From Octopus bimaculoides (taxonomy: Eukaryota): a stretch of 64,000 bases of DNA. Positions 38,721 through 52,740 of the stretch are shown here, in pieces. The notes beneath the pieces are model-generated. The model was not told the DNA's origin. It ran no database searches and saw only the letters and a program-made list of their open reading frames with translations. The position numbers were made by a program, and so were the translations under genes. Position 1 is the first letter of the stretch. Each line of letters starts with the position of its first letter. The DNA lies in assembly GCF_001194135.2 (NCBI RefSeq), contig NC_068984.1, positions 11,800,266-11,864,265 of the forward strand. Direction: 5' to 3'.

Positions 38721-40418
38721 TATATATATATATATATCAAAGAGAGAGATATGCACGGTCAGTTAGTCACAAAACAAGTACAACTTGGCTAGTTATTGTG
38801 TAAAAGTGTTTGTTTGTGCATAATATATACTAAAAGCCTAACACCATGAATTTGTCAATCCTAAACACTTTCTCTTTTATCTATACAAATTGCCAATAGC
38901 TGCAACAAATGCAGTACAAGGAAAGAACTCTAAATTGTAATAATAATTTATTCAAAAGACATTATACAAATGTTTTTCCCTGATATCTTGTTACAATTGA
39001 AATCAGCAGCTGGGTATGTGCCAAAGTGAATTCTCAATAGTAGAAATGTTTTATGGTATTTCGGCTCTACCTCATTAACAGATAGCAACAGCAAGCAGGT
39101 GTGTAAAGCAAATCTCTCTCTTTACAAACAAAAATTGAATGCAATTCCTAATCTTCAGAATTAGGTGTCTTAACAAAAAGTTCACATTAATATTTTTAAA
39201 ATGCATTTAGTTCCTGATGGTTCCCAGTTGCCAACCAAAATAGTTTTTTGTTCAAAATGTCAAATCAGCTTTTTTTTACCACTTTTGTTATCAAGTTTCT
39301 GTTGAAATGCTCTGCTTTTGTTTGAATTAATTTCAAAAATAACGAAGAATTTAGTAAAATAAGTCATTAATCCTTTAGCATTTAAACCAGCCATAGGTGG
39401 CCCAAATATTCTACCTGTTTTATGTTCAAACTGGCCGGATTACCTCTCACATCTACCTTACACAGTGTCATTCTAAAATAAATAATCACATCATCAAGGT
39501 TTTGGAGCTGTGAGAAAATGCATGATCAATCCAAATCAAATTAAATTCGACGACTGGCACCCATGCCAATGTCGTCTCCTTCACTGGACACGAAACTCGG
39601 CTTGCAAAGACCTGTTGGGGCACGCGAAAGCGAAATCGTGATGGCACCTGTGCCCAGCGTCGCCTTCCTTGCACTTGTGCCGGTGGCACGTGTAAAGACA
39701 TTCGAGCGAGATCGTTGCCAGTGCCGCTGGACTGGCTCCTGTGCAGGTGGCACATAAAATACACCATTTTGAGCGTGGCCGTTGCCAGTACCACCTGACT
39801 GGCCTTCGTGCCGGTGGCACGTAANNNNNNNNNNNNNNNNNNNNNNNNNNNNNNNNNNNNNNNNNNNNNNNNNNNNNNNNNNNNNNNNNNNNNNNNNNNN
39901 NNNNNNNNNNNNNNNNNNNNNNNNNNNNNNNNNNNNNNNNNNNNNNNNNNNNNNNNNNNNNNNNNNNNNNNNNNNNNNNNNNNNNNNNNNNNNNNNNNNN
40001 NNNNNNNNNNNNNNNNNNNNNNNNNNNNNNNNNNNNNNNNNNNNNNNNNNNNNNNNNNNNNNNNNNNNNNNNNNNNNNNNNNNNNNNNNNNNNNNNNNNN
40101 NNNNNNNNNNNNNNNNNNNNNNNNNNNNNNNNNNNNNNNNNNNNNNNNNNNNNNNNNNNNNNNNNNNNNNNNNNNNNNNNNNNNNNNNNNNNNNNNNNNN
40201 NNNNNNNNNNNNNNNNNNNNNNNNNNNNNNNNNNNNNNNNNNNNNNNNNNNNNNNNNNNNNNNNNNNNNNNNNNNNNNNNNNNNNNNNNNNNNNNNNNNN
40301 NNNNNNNNNNNNNNNNNNNNNNNNNNNNNNNNNNNNNNNNNNNNNNNNNNNNNNNNNNNNNNNNNNNNNNNNNNNNNNNNNNNNNNNNNNNNNNNNNNNN
40401 NNNNNNNNNNNNNNNNNC

Positions 40419-40722
40419 TTATTCTTTGTAAGCCTAGTACTTATTCTATCAGTCTCTTTTTGCCGAACCGCTAAGTTACGGGGACGTAAACACACCAGCA
40501 TCGGTTGTCAAGCGATGGTGGGGGGACAAACACAGACACACAAACACACATACATATATATGACGGGCTTCTTTCAGTTTCCGTCTACCAAATCCACTCA
40601 CAAGGCTTTGGTCGGCCCAAGCCTATAGTAGAAGACACTTGTCCAAGGTGCCACGCAGTGGGACTGAACCCGGAACCATGTAGTTGGTAAGCAAGCTACT
40701 TACCACACACCCACTCCTGCAC
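40419..40722 (-). mobile_element. tRNA/CORE-SINE family A (CpG-rich, young-looking)
   Basis: Reverse complement of the family-A sequence with many CpGs retained; it abuts a gap. Confidence 0.9.
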
Positions 40723-41208
40723 CTATGTCAATTTTTTTTTACATCCAGGCTTGAAATTTTGTCAGTTGGTGTTTGGATGCTAATGATTTACAATTACATA
40801 TTTTCAATAAAATCAGGAGTTTGTAATAATACTGTATTATTCTCCTTAAGATTTTGAATGGTGTCTTCAAGATCTCCATCATTTTTGCTATGAAAATACA
40901 CTTACTCATCCAATGAATTCAAAAACATCTCCATCTGATTCATCCAAAGAGTCATCACTGTTATTCTCTTCTTCTACATTTTGTAAATCTTTCAGCTTCC
41001 TTCTACCAAATCTACTGACAGTGCTTTGGTCAGCCTAGGGCTAAAGAAAAAGATACTTGCCCAAGGTGCCACACAGTGAGACAGTGATACAGTGCCATGT
41101 GGTTGGGAAGAGAACTACTCAACTACACACACACGCCACCACCACCACCAACAACAGACTTCTTCAGTTACAGTCTGCTAAATTCTTGCATTGGACACTG
41201 GTTGGACA

Positions 41209-41437
41209 ATGGCGAGCTGGCAGAAACGTTAGCATGCCAGGTGAAATGCTTAGCAGCATTCCGTCTGCCACTACGTTCTGAGTTCAAATTCCGCTGAGGT
41301 CGACTTTGCCTTTCATCCTTTCAGAGTCGATTAAATAAGTACCAGTTATGCACTGGGGTCGATGTATTCGACTTAATCCCTTTGTCTGTCCTTGTTTGTC
41401 CCCTCTATGTTTAGCCCCCTATGGGCAATAAAGAAAT
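41209..41437 (+). mobile_element. tRNA-derived SINE family B, most complete copy
   Basis: GGCGAGCTGGCAGAAACGTTAGC...GAGTTCAAATTCCGC...GGCAATAAAGAAAT. Confidence 0.85.
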
Positions 41438-43279
41438 GAATATTTTTAACACCTTTAATTTTTTTGAATATTCAAGCCTTTAGTATAAGTGTGACCTGGT
41501 GACCTAAATTTGATAGCTATCACATCAAATTGATTTTACAATGTTTGCCAATAATTGATTCCACTTCACTTGTGTGTTATGGAGTGTAATTAAACAAATC
41601 AAATGGTGCTTGTTGATATAAACCTGATTTTATAACTGACATTTATTTGTTATATTTTTCTTCTTGTTATTGAGGTTGACAATTAATGCTCAACTAGTTA
41701 ATACTTAAAAACTGCATTATAGTTATCTTTTATTTTCCATATCAACCACCATTCATATTTAGAAATAGCAGCCAAATCTCCCTCATCACACTCTCACCGT
41801 GTAATATAAGGAAGGACACGTAAGATAAAATACTTCTAAAAAGACAAAAATGACCAGAAATAGATTATCTTTGATCAGAGATCTCTGCTCACTCAAGGTT
41901 TATTAATTACATTAGTGCCATTCTTTTTTTCTCAGTATTTGTTGAACTCCTTTAGTTGTTTCTTTTTTATTTGTTTTTGTTTCCCTAAGTTTAATGAAGT
42001 CTTTTATTTGCTTTTCATCCATTTGGAAGGAAGACAATAAAATAAGTTCTGTATTGTCTTAAGCCCATGCACCAAATTTGTGGTCTGGTGTCTGTGATAG
42101 AAACCATTATTCTTATTAAAACCCTAGATGGCAGAATCGGTAAAACATTGGACAAAATGCTATGAAGTTAAGGTTGATTTTTGCCTTTCATTCTTTTGTA
42201 GTCAATAATATAATTCTTTTAGGTGGCAAAGCTGGCAGAATCATTAGCACATCAGATGAAATGCTTAGGGGCATTCTGGCTCTCTACATTTTGAGTTCAA
42301 ATCCTGCTTATGTCAACTTTGTCTTTCAGTTTTTAAAATCTATCTATCTATCTATTTAGGTCATCTCTCAGGACACCCCAATATAATTTTTTTTTTAAGG
42401 TCAATAAAATAAAGTGCTAGTCAAGTGCTGGGGTCAGTATAATTGACCAACCCCTCCCACTAAAACTGCATACCTTGTACCAAAATTTGAACATTATTAT
42501 TATTATTAGTAGTAGTAGTAGTCTTTAAATTTGGTATGGAAAGGCTTGTTGCATGTGACTGAATGAAAAGCCATTTCTGTTTTTAAATATCTCCTTCAGA
42601 AAACTATTCTGTAAAATATCTGGATCTCGCTCACATTTTGAGTGAAAAGGTTGGTCATTTCCAAACTTTTTTTAAACATGAATTTCTGTGTTTACATTCA
42701 GCCTAAAAATGGCTACCACTCAACAGAGAGATAATGCCCACCATAAAATTCAATTGAATATAGCAGCACATAAACCAGCTAGAAAAACAGAAAGCTAATT
42801 TAATTGCACAGCAAAATGTAAACATTTTACAAGGAGGGAAAAAAAAATTTTTTTTTGGCAGAAAACACAAATATTGAAGTAGACATTCATAACAGCAATG
42901 CACTCATGCAAATGCTTTCTTTATCCAGCAGCAATAACACACGTGCACACATTTTGCCAAGTGAGTGATTGAGCGAAGAGTTTGAATTGAATAACAAAAG
43001 TGTTTCCAGCCTTCTTTCTTCCACTAGAGCTTGTTCGAGCAAGCAGGCCCTAGATACCACTTATCTACCAGAGGAAAAACTCTACTGGGCAGAGCTGTGT
43101 AACAAAGGAAAGTGCATCAATACCTCTATTCTCTATCAAACAGTGAAGAGGAAAATAAAAAGAAAATATATATCTCTGGGCTTTTCTTATGCAACCAAAA
43201 ATGCAGTTGTAGACAACCCTTGCTGATATATAGAATGACATCATCTCTATTGGTCAAGAAAGAAACTGTGGAAATACTT

Positions 43280-43503
43280 TTAACCCTTCCGTTACCAACC
43301 CAGCTGAAACTGGCTCTGGCTCTGAGTACAAATGTCTTGTTTTCATAAGTTTTGAATTAAAATCTTCCACCAAACCTTAGTCACAATTTATGTTCCTAAC
43401 ACTAGTTGAATGATGACTTATTTTACTAAATTCTCTGTTAAATTTAAAGTAATTGAAAGAAATAAAGAGCATCTCAAAATAAATACAGTAACAAAAGGGT
43501 TAA
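43280..43503 (-). mobile_element. piggyBac-type MITE, single unit; related copies at about 13597-13830, 58753-58985, 63124-63285, and a different subfamily at about 39368-39530 and 51979-52203
   Basis: TTAA|CCCTTCCGTTACCA...GTAACAAAAGGG|TTAA; the internal sequence is the reverse complement of the 19.3-kb units. Confidence 0.85.
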
Positions 43504-44302
43504 TATTCAAAACAGAACAAGACAAAATAAAAAGTATGTTACACTTCTACTCAGAAACTCATTTTATGATACATAGTGTCATGCAACACGTGAATTGCAG
43601 TAAAAGAAAAATATTAGTGATAACATTAACTTTTTAGTTAGTTATCTCTTTTGTGACATAGCATGGCCAGGTGGTAAGCACCAAAATGACCGAAAATATG
43701 TAGTTAGGTGAAGTCTATATGGATGTAGAGAAGTCCTGGTGACCGTAGAGTTGTGATGGTAAATCTATGGTATTTATGTCAAGAGCAACACTGCATGTTT
43801 TTGTGTGGCATGCAGTGGACTTTGGAAAAACTTTCTCCACGGCTTCATGTTATAACATTTTAAAGTATATTAGTTTTAAACAATTATATTTTTCAATGAT
43901 ACCTAATGATACAGAGCTTTGTGCTACAAATTCATGAATTAGCAACTTCTTGCTGGTCACTCATTAATTAGGAAATTATACACTGAAAAAGGCAAAATAC
44001 ATTACCTTTTATATTCCAGTTTGATCCATTTCCTTGCATTTTTTAAGTTTATGAAGAAATAAAACTAATTTGTTCTGTCTGGGGAGAGTCATTCTCTTTT
44101 AGTGCCTTATTATTTAACACACTCACCGGTAAAGTTTCCACCCATTTACTTAATTATTTTTCTAAAATTTTCGTTGCATCTTACAACCTTTCCAATAGAC
44201 ATTGAAAAACTAATAATACTAATTTTAAAAAAGAGGAAGAACATGAAAGAAATATAAGTAAAACAAAAAAAATAAAATTGATTAATTTATTCTTGATTTC
44301 AG

Positions 44303-44520
44303 TGTAATCCATCCTGTGAAAATGGTGTTTGGTTTTGTGGCTATTGCAGCTGCTTTCGGAGGGTTTGTGTTCTGTACCAATAACCAGTGGAAAAGCCGCA
44401 AGTTCAAGAGAGACCATCCAATCATCAGTGTGTTGATAGTACTTGGTGCTGGCTACCTTCTTGTCTACATGCTGGGAGCTGTAATAGTCTTCTTACTTGG
44501 GGTTGCCTTTCCTTTAATGT
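44303..44520 (+). CDS. PRAF3: PRAF3-like coding exon 2 (transmembrane hairpins)
   Basis: Acceptor TTGATTTCAG| and donor T|GTAAGT. The phase matches exon 1 (GG+T = Gly). It encodes VIHPVKMVFGFVAIAAAFGGFVFCTNNQWKSRKFKRDHPIISVLIVLGAGYLLVYMLGAVIVFLLGVAFPLM, including the PRAF-type K+xHP motif between hydrophobic segments. Confidence 0.95.
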
Positions 44521-44667
44521 GTAAGTAATAATATTCCTTTTCGTGATTTCTGATATTAGAAGCCTGATTCATATAAAGTGTTTTGACCTAAGAATAGGTT
44601 GTGACGGTTAATGGCCTACAGCAGAATGGATGGTGCCTGACGGATGTGTGATCTTAACAGACTACAT

Positions 44668-44923
44668 CAGTGGTTCTCAACCATTTTTTTTACCAATGGA
44701 CCCCTTTGTTTCTTGCTTTACTCTACTGGACCTCCAGAGCCATTCAATGTATATTAAAAGAATCCTCCTGTATTTCTATGATAAAATACTATTAGGAATT
44801 GGATAGAAAATTTTAATATTTTGTGCATTGTAGAAGCATAAGCTATTTATTGCACATAAATTTTAACAGCAAAATCTTATGTGGACTTCCAAGGGTCGTA
44901 TGTATTTCGGTTGATGACTACAG
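44668..44923. mobile_element. hAT (Charlie-type) MITE with 8-bp TSD; fragments at about 16000-16050, 36000-36150, 55760-55830, 61738-62010
   Basis: Left terminus CAGTGGTTCTCAACC and a degenerate right terminus GGTTGATGACTACAG. Flanks are GACTACAT (44660-44667) and CACTACAT (44924-44931), a 7/8 match, and 8 bp is the hAT TSD length. Confidence 0.75.
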
Positions 44924-45322
44924 CACTACATGAAGACAAAGCATTCACTAGCAATTCAACAGCTAGGATGGCAAAGTATATACTATGCTGATAAGGTCAT
45001 AATAAGTCTGAAGCCTGTCCGACATTGTCTCCCATTCTTGTCAGCATTATTAAAATAATATTAGTCACAACTAAAGTAGTTTTTCTCCCTCACCACAGCA
45101 TTATTTCCTGTTAGCTTTTTAGTGCTCTCTGCATTATATATGTTAACACTTTCTTAACTAATATATTTGATGGCTGTGTACATAACTAAATATATTTAGA
45201 TATTAACAAAGCTCTCCAAAATTTTTACACTTATGAATTGATGTTAGGTCAATTTGTTCTGAAGTAGAATTTTTTTCCTGTTGTGAAATGCTAGAAGTGA
45301 GGTATTTGCCAAAATCCCTCTT

Positions 45323-45428
<106 letters not shown>

Positions 45429-48400
45429 AACACTCATCCATCTTTTCTCTTTCTCTCACTACATAGCTGCCTTAAAAATGGAAAACTAAAATGAATTGGT
45501 AATGTTAAAATAATAATAACCAGCTGGCTGGCTGATGCTTAGGCCTCCCTAAGTTCTCTGGCTATCCATTATGGAGTGAGTGAGCCAGTTGTGCGGTCAG
45601 GAATTTATATAGCTTAGTCTTAGTTTTAACAGCAACGACATAACATGAGAAAATACATATCTAATTAAAGCTGACATTAAGAACTCCTCTATTTTACTGA
45701 AATAGCTCACCCTCAACCATCTAAGTCTTTGTAGCATTACCTCTAGAATATTTTACTGAAGTCTAATCCTGATGTTTTTTCCTTTTGTCATCATCATCAT
45801 CATCGTTTAGCGTCCGCTTTCCATGCTAGCATGGGTTGGACAATTTGACTGAGGACTAGTGAACCAGATGACTACACCAGGCTCCAATCTGATCTGGCAG
45901 AGTTTCTACAGCTGGATGCCCTTCCTAACGCCAACCACTCAGAGAGTGTAGTGGATGCTTTAACGTGCCACCGGCACGAGGGCCAGTCTTACAGTACTGG
46001 CAACGGCCATGCTCAAAATAGTGTATTTTATGTGGCATCTACACAGGAGCCAGTCCAGCTGCTCTGGCAACAATCTCGCTCGGACGGTACTCTTAGTGCT
46101 CCACTGGTATAGGTGCCATCATGATTTCGCTTTTGTCATCTACAATTATTATGCTTTAGTTGTCTAGTAAATGACCTGATAAGCTAAATCATGCTAGACT
46201 GTTAGTCGTTTGGTTTATCATGTCCTTCTTTGTAAATATTTCTCCCTAGAACTTAAAAGAATTTTTAATTTTTATCTAGTTTAAACTCCATCTTCAGTTT
46301 CCCTTGATGCGCTGCCATGATGGAGATGAAAGCCATAGCTTTAACTCTATGATCTCGGAAGAAATGAAACCAAGTTCAAATTCCTCTGTTCTAAGCTCTT
46401 ACCACAAAGGAGCCGCTATGTAGTTGCTTGACCCACCAAAATAGCTAAATTGCCTTTTAGTATCCCTTCTATCTTAGCTAAATAAAGGACACCCCTGCCC
46501 GTGGACATAATTGCACCCGCAGGTCGATATACTTGTATGTACAAAATATAGTAAATTTTTTCAATTATAAAATTTATGCAATATTCATATGCCTATTTGC
46601 AACATAGATCGCGTTTCCACAATGACTTCAAACAGACTCAAACAGAAAATCATCCAGTAATCGCCATCTGAATGGAAATTTTGTTTTCTGCCGAGGTCAA
46701 CTTTGCCTTTCGTCCTTTCGAAGTCGATAAATTAAGTACCAGTTGCATACTGGGGTCAATGTAATCGACTGGTCCCCTCCCCAAAAATTTCAGGTCTTAT
46801 GCCTAGAGTTTCACTATAAAACACAAATTGCTAGGTTTGTACCCCCCCCCCCTTGAGACCCAACTACACTCTAGCTGAAAAATAGAGAATACCGCTTAAG
46901 TAATCTAAACATCCTAAATTCAGTGGTAGCGTTAATGAAGATGTTCCGCGTTAATTTAATGTGTTTAACTTATCTTTATTATATCGAATTATACATAGAT
47001 ACATACAAGACTTACACAGATATAAGTGTTAGAACTTGTGGTCTGCCCGTGGACCTTTTTCATTGGAAATTTTTGCCTGCTGCATTAAAAAGTTTCCCCA
47101 CCCCCTGCTTTAAATAATATAGTCTTAATGGACCTGGGAAGGTAACAACCTTGCAGAATTGTTAGCACATCAGGTAAAATGGTTAGCGTCATTTCTTCCA
47201 GCTCTTTACATTCTGAGTTCAAATCACACTGAGGTCAACTTTACCTTTCATCGCTTGCGGGGAGGGTCAATAAAATAAGTCAAATATGGGTGGTAATGTT
47301 GCTGACCTGGCCCCTCCCCTCAAAATTGATGCACTAGAACCCTGCGATGGACTGGCATCCTGTCCAGAGAGAATGTTGTGACCTCAGTCACTTATACAGT
47401 ATGGACACCAAGTAACTAGCCTCGTTAGTCCTAGGGCTTGAAAAGGGTAAAGAAAATGGACCTGAGACTAAATGACAATTCTTTTTACTTTGACTTCCAA
47501 ACTTGTGGCGCATGGTGCAAAGTCGGAGGAAAGTAGCCGACTAATTAAGACTTGTCATTCAACTGGAGGAAGAGACATCATTAAATGATACTTGTTCATT
47601 TTCACATCTGTTTTCCCAGACTAGCATGGGTTAGACAAGTATTTTACTAAGGTGTTGTTTAGTAGCAGGATGCTGTTTCAGGTGGTAATCCTTGGGTTTT
47701 TTTTTCTTTAAGTACTTCTTGTTCTGCACATCATCAAAGGGGCAAAGCTAACAATTTGTTGACAAAAAAGGGGAAACAATGTTATAGCTTGTGGCTCAAT
47801 GATATTCAGAGAAATGCATACATTTAGCTACACACACGCACTGGCAGACAGGCACACACACATGCACTGGCACATACACACACACACACACACATGCATT
47901 GGTACACACACACACATGCACACAAACGTACTGACACACACACACACACACACACACACTTATACGACAGACTTCTCCCAGTTTCTGTCAACCAGATCCA
48001 CTCACAGGGCTATAGTAAAAAAAAACACTTGCTTAAGATGCCACAAAGTGGGACTGAACTCAAGACTGTGTGGCTGGAAAGAGCACTTCTTAACCACACA
48101 TCCATGCATGCCTGTGCCTTTTTCAAACTTTATATTATTTCAAAAGATGAGGAGTTAAAATACTGGATTACTGATGGAGTCAAGCTGTGTGGTTGTTAAT
48201 AAGAGACACATCTCTTGGGCCAGTGAGGGAGTTCATCTCTATGTGGTTACTTGATTTACTAGAAACAGCAGCTAAATATCACTTGAATTACAACCATACT
48301 AAACGAAAAGTACTACAACTTTGCTTGCACCAGACTATTTGGATAGCAAAAGCCTTTGGGGTGGGGTGGGGTGGGGGTCTCCCTTTTCTCTCTGTATAGC

Positions 48401-51400
48401 TAAATGGTTTGATGTTGGAAGGTAATTCATCTGTGAAAACAATTAGTGCCCCCCACCACCCCCACCAGAATGCAATTACTGAAATACATGAGAAAAAGAA
48501 AAATCCTATGCAAGGGGAACTAAATAACCTACAAGCCAGATGAAGTCTCTGTAGTTGCTAAAAATAGCAGCCAAGTCTCCTTCAGATCACACCCTACTGG
48601 CAAAAAAAAACAAAAAAACCCACCAGAGAGAATGTAGTGTATGATACATTATCTGGAAATAAGATGAGGTGGTCACAGCTGGAATACCGTCCACCATCGG
48701 TCTGCTTGATCAGAGCTGATCTGGGATCAGTAACAACAAAATTGTGATGATGATGATGATGATGATGTTCTGTGTGTGAGTGTGCATGTATCCAGTGTTT
48801 TAAATCTGGGTTTTGTCTCCAATTAACGGGGGTGGCCAGATCTACCTCAATGCCATAGCAACCGCCCTCACACCATCTTGCCCAGTTTTAGGCATCCTCC
48901 TTTCTCAAGCCAACCTTCCCAATCTCCTCCTCCACCTGTCCCCTCCACATTTTCCTCAGTTTACCTCGCTTTTGCAGTCCATTTACCTCAGACTCAAACA
49001 CCCTCCTCAGAACATACTCCACATCCCTCCTCAACACAAACCCATATCACCTCACTCCATTCGCCCTTGCCAGCCATTCCACCGATTCCTCCAACCCCAG
49101 CATCTCCATCAGTCCTCCTCTAATCAGACAGCTTCGCACCACACATTTCTCTCACCATTGCTCTCTCAGTCCTTCTCAAAATCGCCATCTCTCTCTCTCC
49201 CTCAGACACCATGCCTCACTCCATGCAGCAGTTTTAGGGTCGGAGTTAAATTCATTACATCAACTGGTTCTTATTTTATTGACCTCGAAGGGATGAGAAG
49301 CAAAGGACTGCAGTGGAATTTGAACTCTGAGCGTTGGGATGGACAAAATCACCCAATACACTGTGTGAAGTTGTTGGCATTAAGAAGGGCATCTAGCCAT
49401 AGAAACCATACCAAAATGGACAGGCGGGGCCTGGCGCAGCCCTCCAGCTTGTCAGCCTGTATCAAACCATCCAACCCATGCCAGCATAGAAAAGGGACAT
49501 TAAATGATGATCACGTAAAAAGCACCATCTGATCATGGTCGATGCCAACTCCTCTGGCCCCTGTGCCGGTGGCACGTAAAAAGCACCCACTACACTCTCG
49601 GAGTGGTTGGCATTAGGAAGGGCATCCAGCTCCAGAAACACTGCCAGATCAGATTGGGGCCTGGTGCAGCCTCCTGGCTTCCCAGACCCCAGTCGAACCA
49701 TCCAACCCATGCTAGCATGGAAAGCAGACGTTAAATGATGATGATGATGATGTGCTATTGACTTAGATTTTACTTAGGTCTATCTTGAGCCCTAGGACTT
49801 ATAAAGAAATTTGATTCAGTTCCCATGTTAACTGATATTACATTAACCTCTGAATGCAACACCAGTCCATCACAGGGCTAATTTCTGAGTTATTACTGGA
49901 ACTCATATAACAACTGAGTGAACTGGAACAGTGGGAAATGAAATGTCTTGCTCAAGAACATGCTGCCCAATCTGGTCAGCAAAACCACAATCTTACAATC
50001 ATGATTGCAATACCCAAACCACAAGACCACGCGCCTTCACTGTTCTATGGGTACATCATTCTATCTTTCTGTTCTTCATTTAATTTTATATCATCCAGCT
50101 ATCATTATCATTATCATTATCATTATCATTATCATGTCATTCCTTAAGGCGGCATGCTGGCAGAATCGTTAGAATGCTGGGCAAAATGCTTAGTGGCATT
50201 TCATCTGCTGCTACATTCTGAGATCAAATTCCGCCTAGGTTGACTTTACCATTCATCCTTTCAGGGTCGATAAATTAAGTACCAGTTGTGTACTGAGGTC
50301 GATGTAATCGACTTAATCCCTTCCCCCAAGTTTGTGGCCTTGTGCTTCCAGTAGAAAAGATTATTTTTATAATTTGTATATATCCAAAAGTTCCTTGTAT
50401 CGTAGGTTGACATGCCGTGCTTGAGAAGACCTATTGAGTCAAGTACATCAAAATCAAATCAAATCACAATCAAATGGAAATTGTAGTTGTGATCCCCGTG
50501 CTGGTGGCACATAAAAAGCACCACCCAAACATGGCCAATGCCAGCGCCACCTTGACTGGCTTCTGTGCCAATGGCACGTAAAAAGCACCATCCATCGTGG
50601 TCGATGCCAGCCCCCCCCCCTCTGGCCCCGGTGCCAGTGGCACATAAAAAAAGCACCCACTACACTCTCGGAGTGGTTGGCATGAGGAAGGGCATCCAGA
50701 CTGGAGCCTGTACATGGTGTTGTTATGAGGATCTGATCAAAGTCTTTGCAATTAAAAAAATGTTGGAGAAAACTATTCAGACATTAATAAAGTGGAATTA
50801 TGCAAAAATAAACCTTATTTTCCATCTTACTGTATGGTTTATTGTTGCTTATACTTTGAATTACATATATATGGGGGCACCAAAATGGTTTTCAGCGCTT
50901 AGGGCCTCTGTGGGTCTTAATTTAGCCCTGGATAAAAAAGACATGAAACCACATGACAAATCAAAGATGGCTCTTCTGACTGTCACTTCTTTAAAGTAAG
51001 AATGTCCTTTCCAATAATAATTATTCAAGTCTTTCTTACTTCTCAACTTTTCACCTCTGTCTGATCTCTCATTCTCTCTAGCTCTGCTCTCTCACCACTT
51101 CTGTTTCAGTTTTACCTTTATCTCTCACTCTCTCTCTCTCTCTACCTCTTTCCCTCCCTCACTGAGCTTTAGCGTTTCTATTCCAACTCCCTAGCTACTT
51201 GGTTGCGTGTGGAGGGGGGGCTTCTGTACCATATAGTGGGAGTAAGGGAGAGCAGTTTTATTCCCCCTCCTCTCTGTTCATCTCCCATTACTGCTGTATC
51301 ACCTTTTAACCTCCCACCACTGCAACATGCTTCCACTTCCCTTCACTTTGCCTCTGTTATAATATCCTCTCTCCCCCCCCCTCTCTCTCTGCCTCCCTCC

Positions 51401-52332
51401 CTCTCACAGTACTTCTTATCTGTAAAACCAAACCTGATCTGATCTTAACTGTTGGTATTTTCACAGTCAGAATACTGACATTAAATTCTCTCTACAGACT
51501 AATTTCACACATCTTGCCGCCTCATTACTGATATTAGAACATGATTCTGACAAGGACAAATATATATGAGTCTGTCTGCATATGTGCCTCTATTCATCTC
51601 TGTATGTATGTCAGTGTATATATCAGTGTATGTGTGTGTGTGTTTATATCACTGTACATATGTGTGTGTGTCTCTATGCATCATTGCATATATGTATGTA
51701 TGTATGTCTGTATCTATCACTGTATATGTTTTGGTTTTCTCCACAGAGATAGTATACTAGTAACCTATCTTCTTGGATAGGTTGCTAGTGTACTTTAGAT
51801 AACTTTCTCAGACCAGTCATATATACAAAGAGGGTTTTTGTTTTGGGCCTTGATTTTTTTTTTTTTTTTACCCCACAGAGGCAACAAGGAATTATAGTAG
51901 ATTTGAACTTGCAATACTGTCAGTTACTGATCCAATACCTTCTTAGTTTCATCCTGAACATTTTTTAACAAAGCAGTTTTAACCTTTTAACATTCTGATA
52001 ACTCTGTCAAATGTAATTCTTATTTATTCACATTGTTTAGAATTAACCAAGTTTTATCTTGTAGCTTTGAAATTTCAATGTTGAGATTGTTTATTTTTAA
52101 AATGACATTGTAGGATAGTAATGGGAAACCAGATCTGGTTGGTTTGAACATAAAACAGATGGAATATTTGGTCTGGATATGGCCAGTCTAAATGCTAAAC
52201 GGTGATGGTCAGAATCTGAGCGATGGTGTGTGTTGAGAGAAAGAGAAGTGGGTGTAAAGGAATTAGAATTAATTCCAGATAAAGATAATGGTAATGTTAT
52301 TCATATACTTGTGGCAAGTTCAAATTTGTAAA

Positions 52333-52488
52333 CAGGAGTGGCTGTGTGGTAAGGAATTTGCTTCCCAACCACATGGTTCCGAGTTCTGTCTCATTGTGTG
52401 ACAGCTTGGGCAAATGTCTTCTACTATAGCCTCAGGCTGACCAAAGCCTTGTGAGTGGATTTGGTAGACGGAAACTGAAAGAAACCCG

Positions 52489-52532
<44 letters not shown>

Positions 52533-52740
52533 TTGTGTGTCTGTGTTTGTTCCCTCCCCACCATCACCTGACGACCGATGTTGGTGTGTTTATATCCCTG
52601 TAACTTAGCAGTTCAGTAAAAGAGACCAATAGAATAAGTACTAGGCTTCCAAAGAAAAAGTTCTGGAGTCGATTTGTTCGGCTAAAGGCAGTGCTCCAGC
52701 ATGGCTGCAGTCAAATGACTGAAACGAGTAAAAGAGTAAG
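52333..52740 (+). mobile_element. tRNA/CORE-SINE family A; further diverged copies at about 47960-48110(-), 55370-55740(+), 58005-58175(-), 62070-62230(+, 3' half)
   Basis: Head, CORE-like motif, (TA)n linker and AAAAGAGTAA tail. Confidence 0.85.

Noticed and set aside
39600-39823. Regularly spaced palindromic repeats resembling a CRISPR array
   Set aside because: The context is eukaryotic, the 'spacers' are shared between dispersed copies, and the modules are part of an RTE 3' UTR.
46604-46635. UUGAAGU...GAAACGCGAUC on the - strand, PLE-hammerhead-like
   Set aside because: The core is broken at several positions and stems I and II do not pair.
48813-49532. 239-aa P/S/H/L-rich ORF, and similar ORFs at 53853-54275 and 14478-15017
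   Set aside because: These are strand-biased pyrimidine/purine tracts that run into SINE or RTE-tail sequence. No family motif was recognised; they are probably decayed retroelement bodies.
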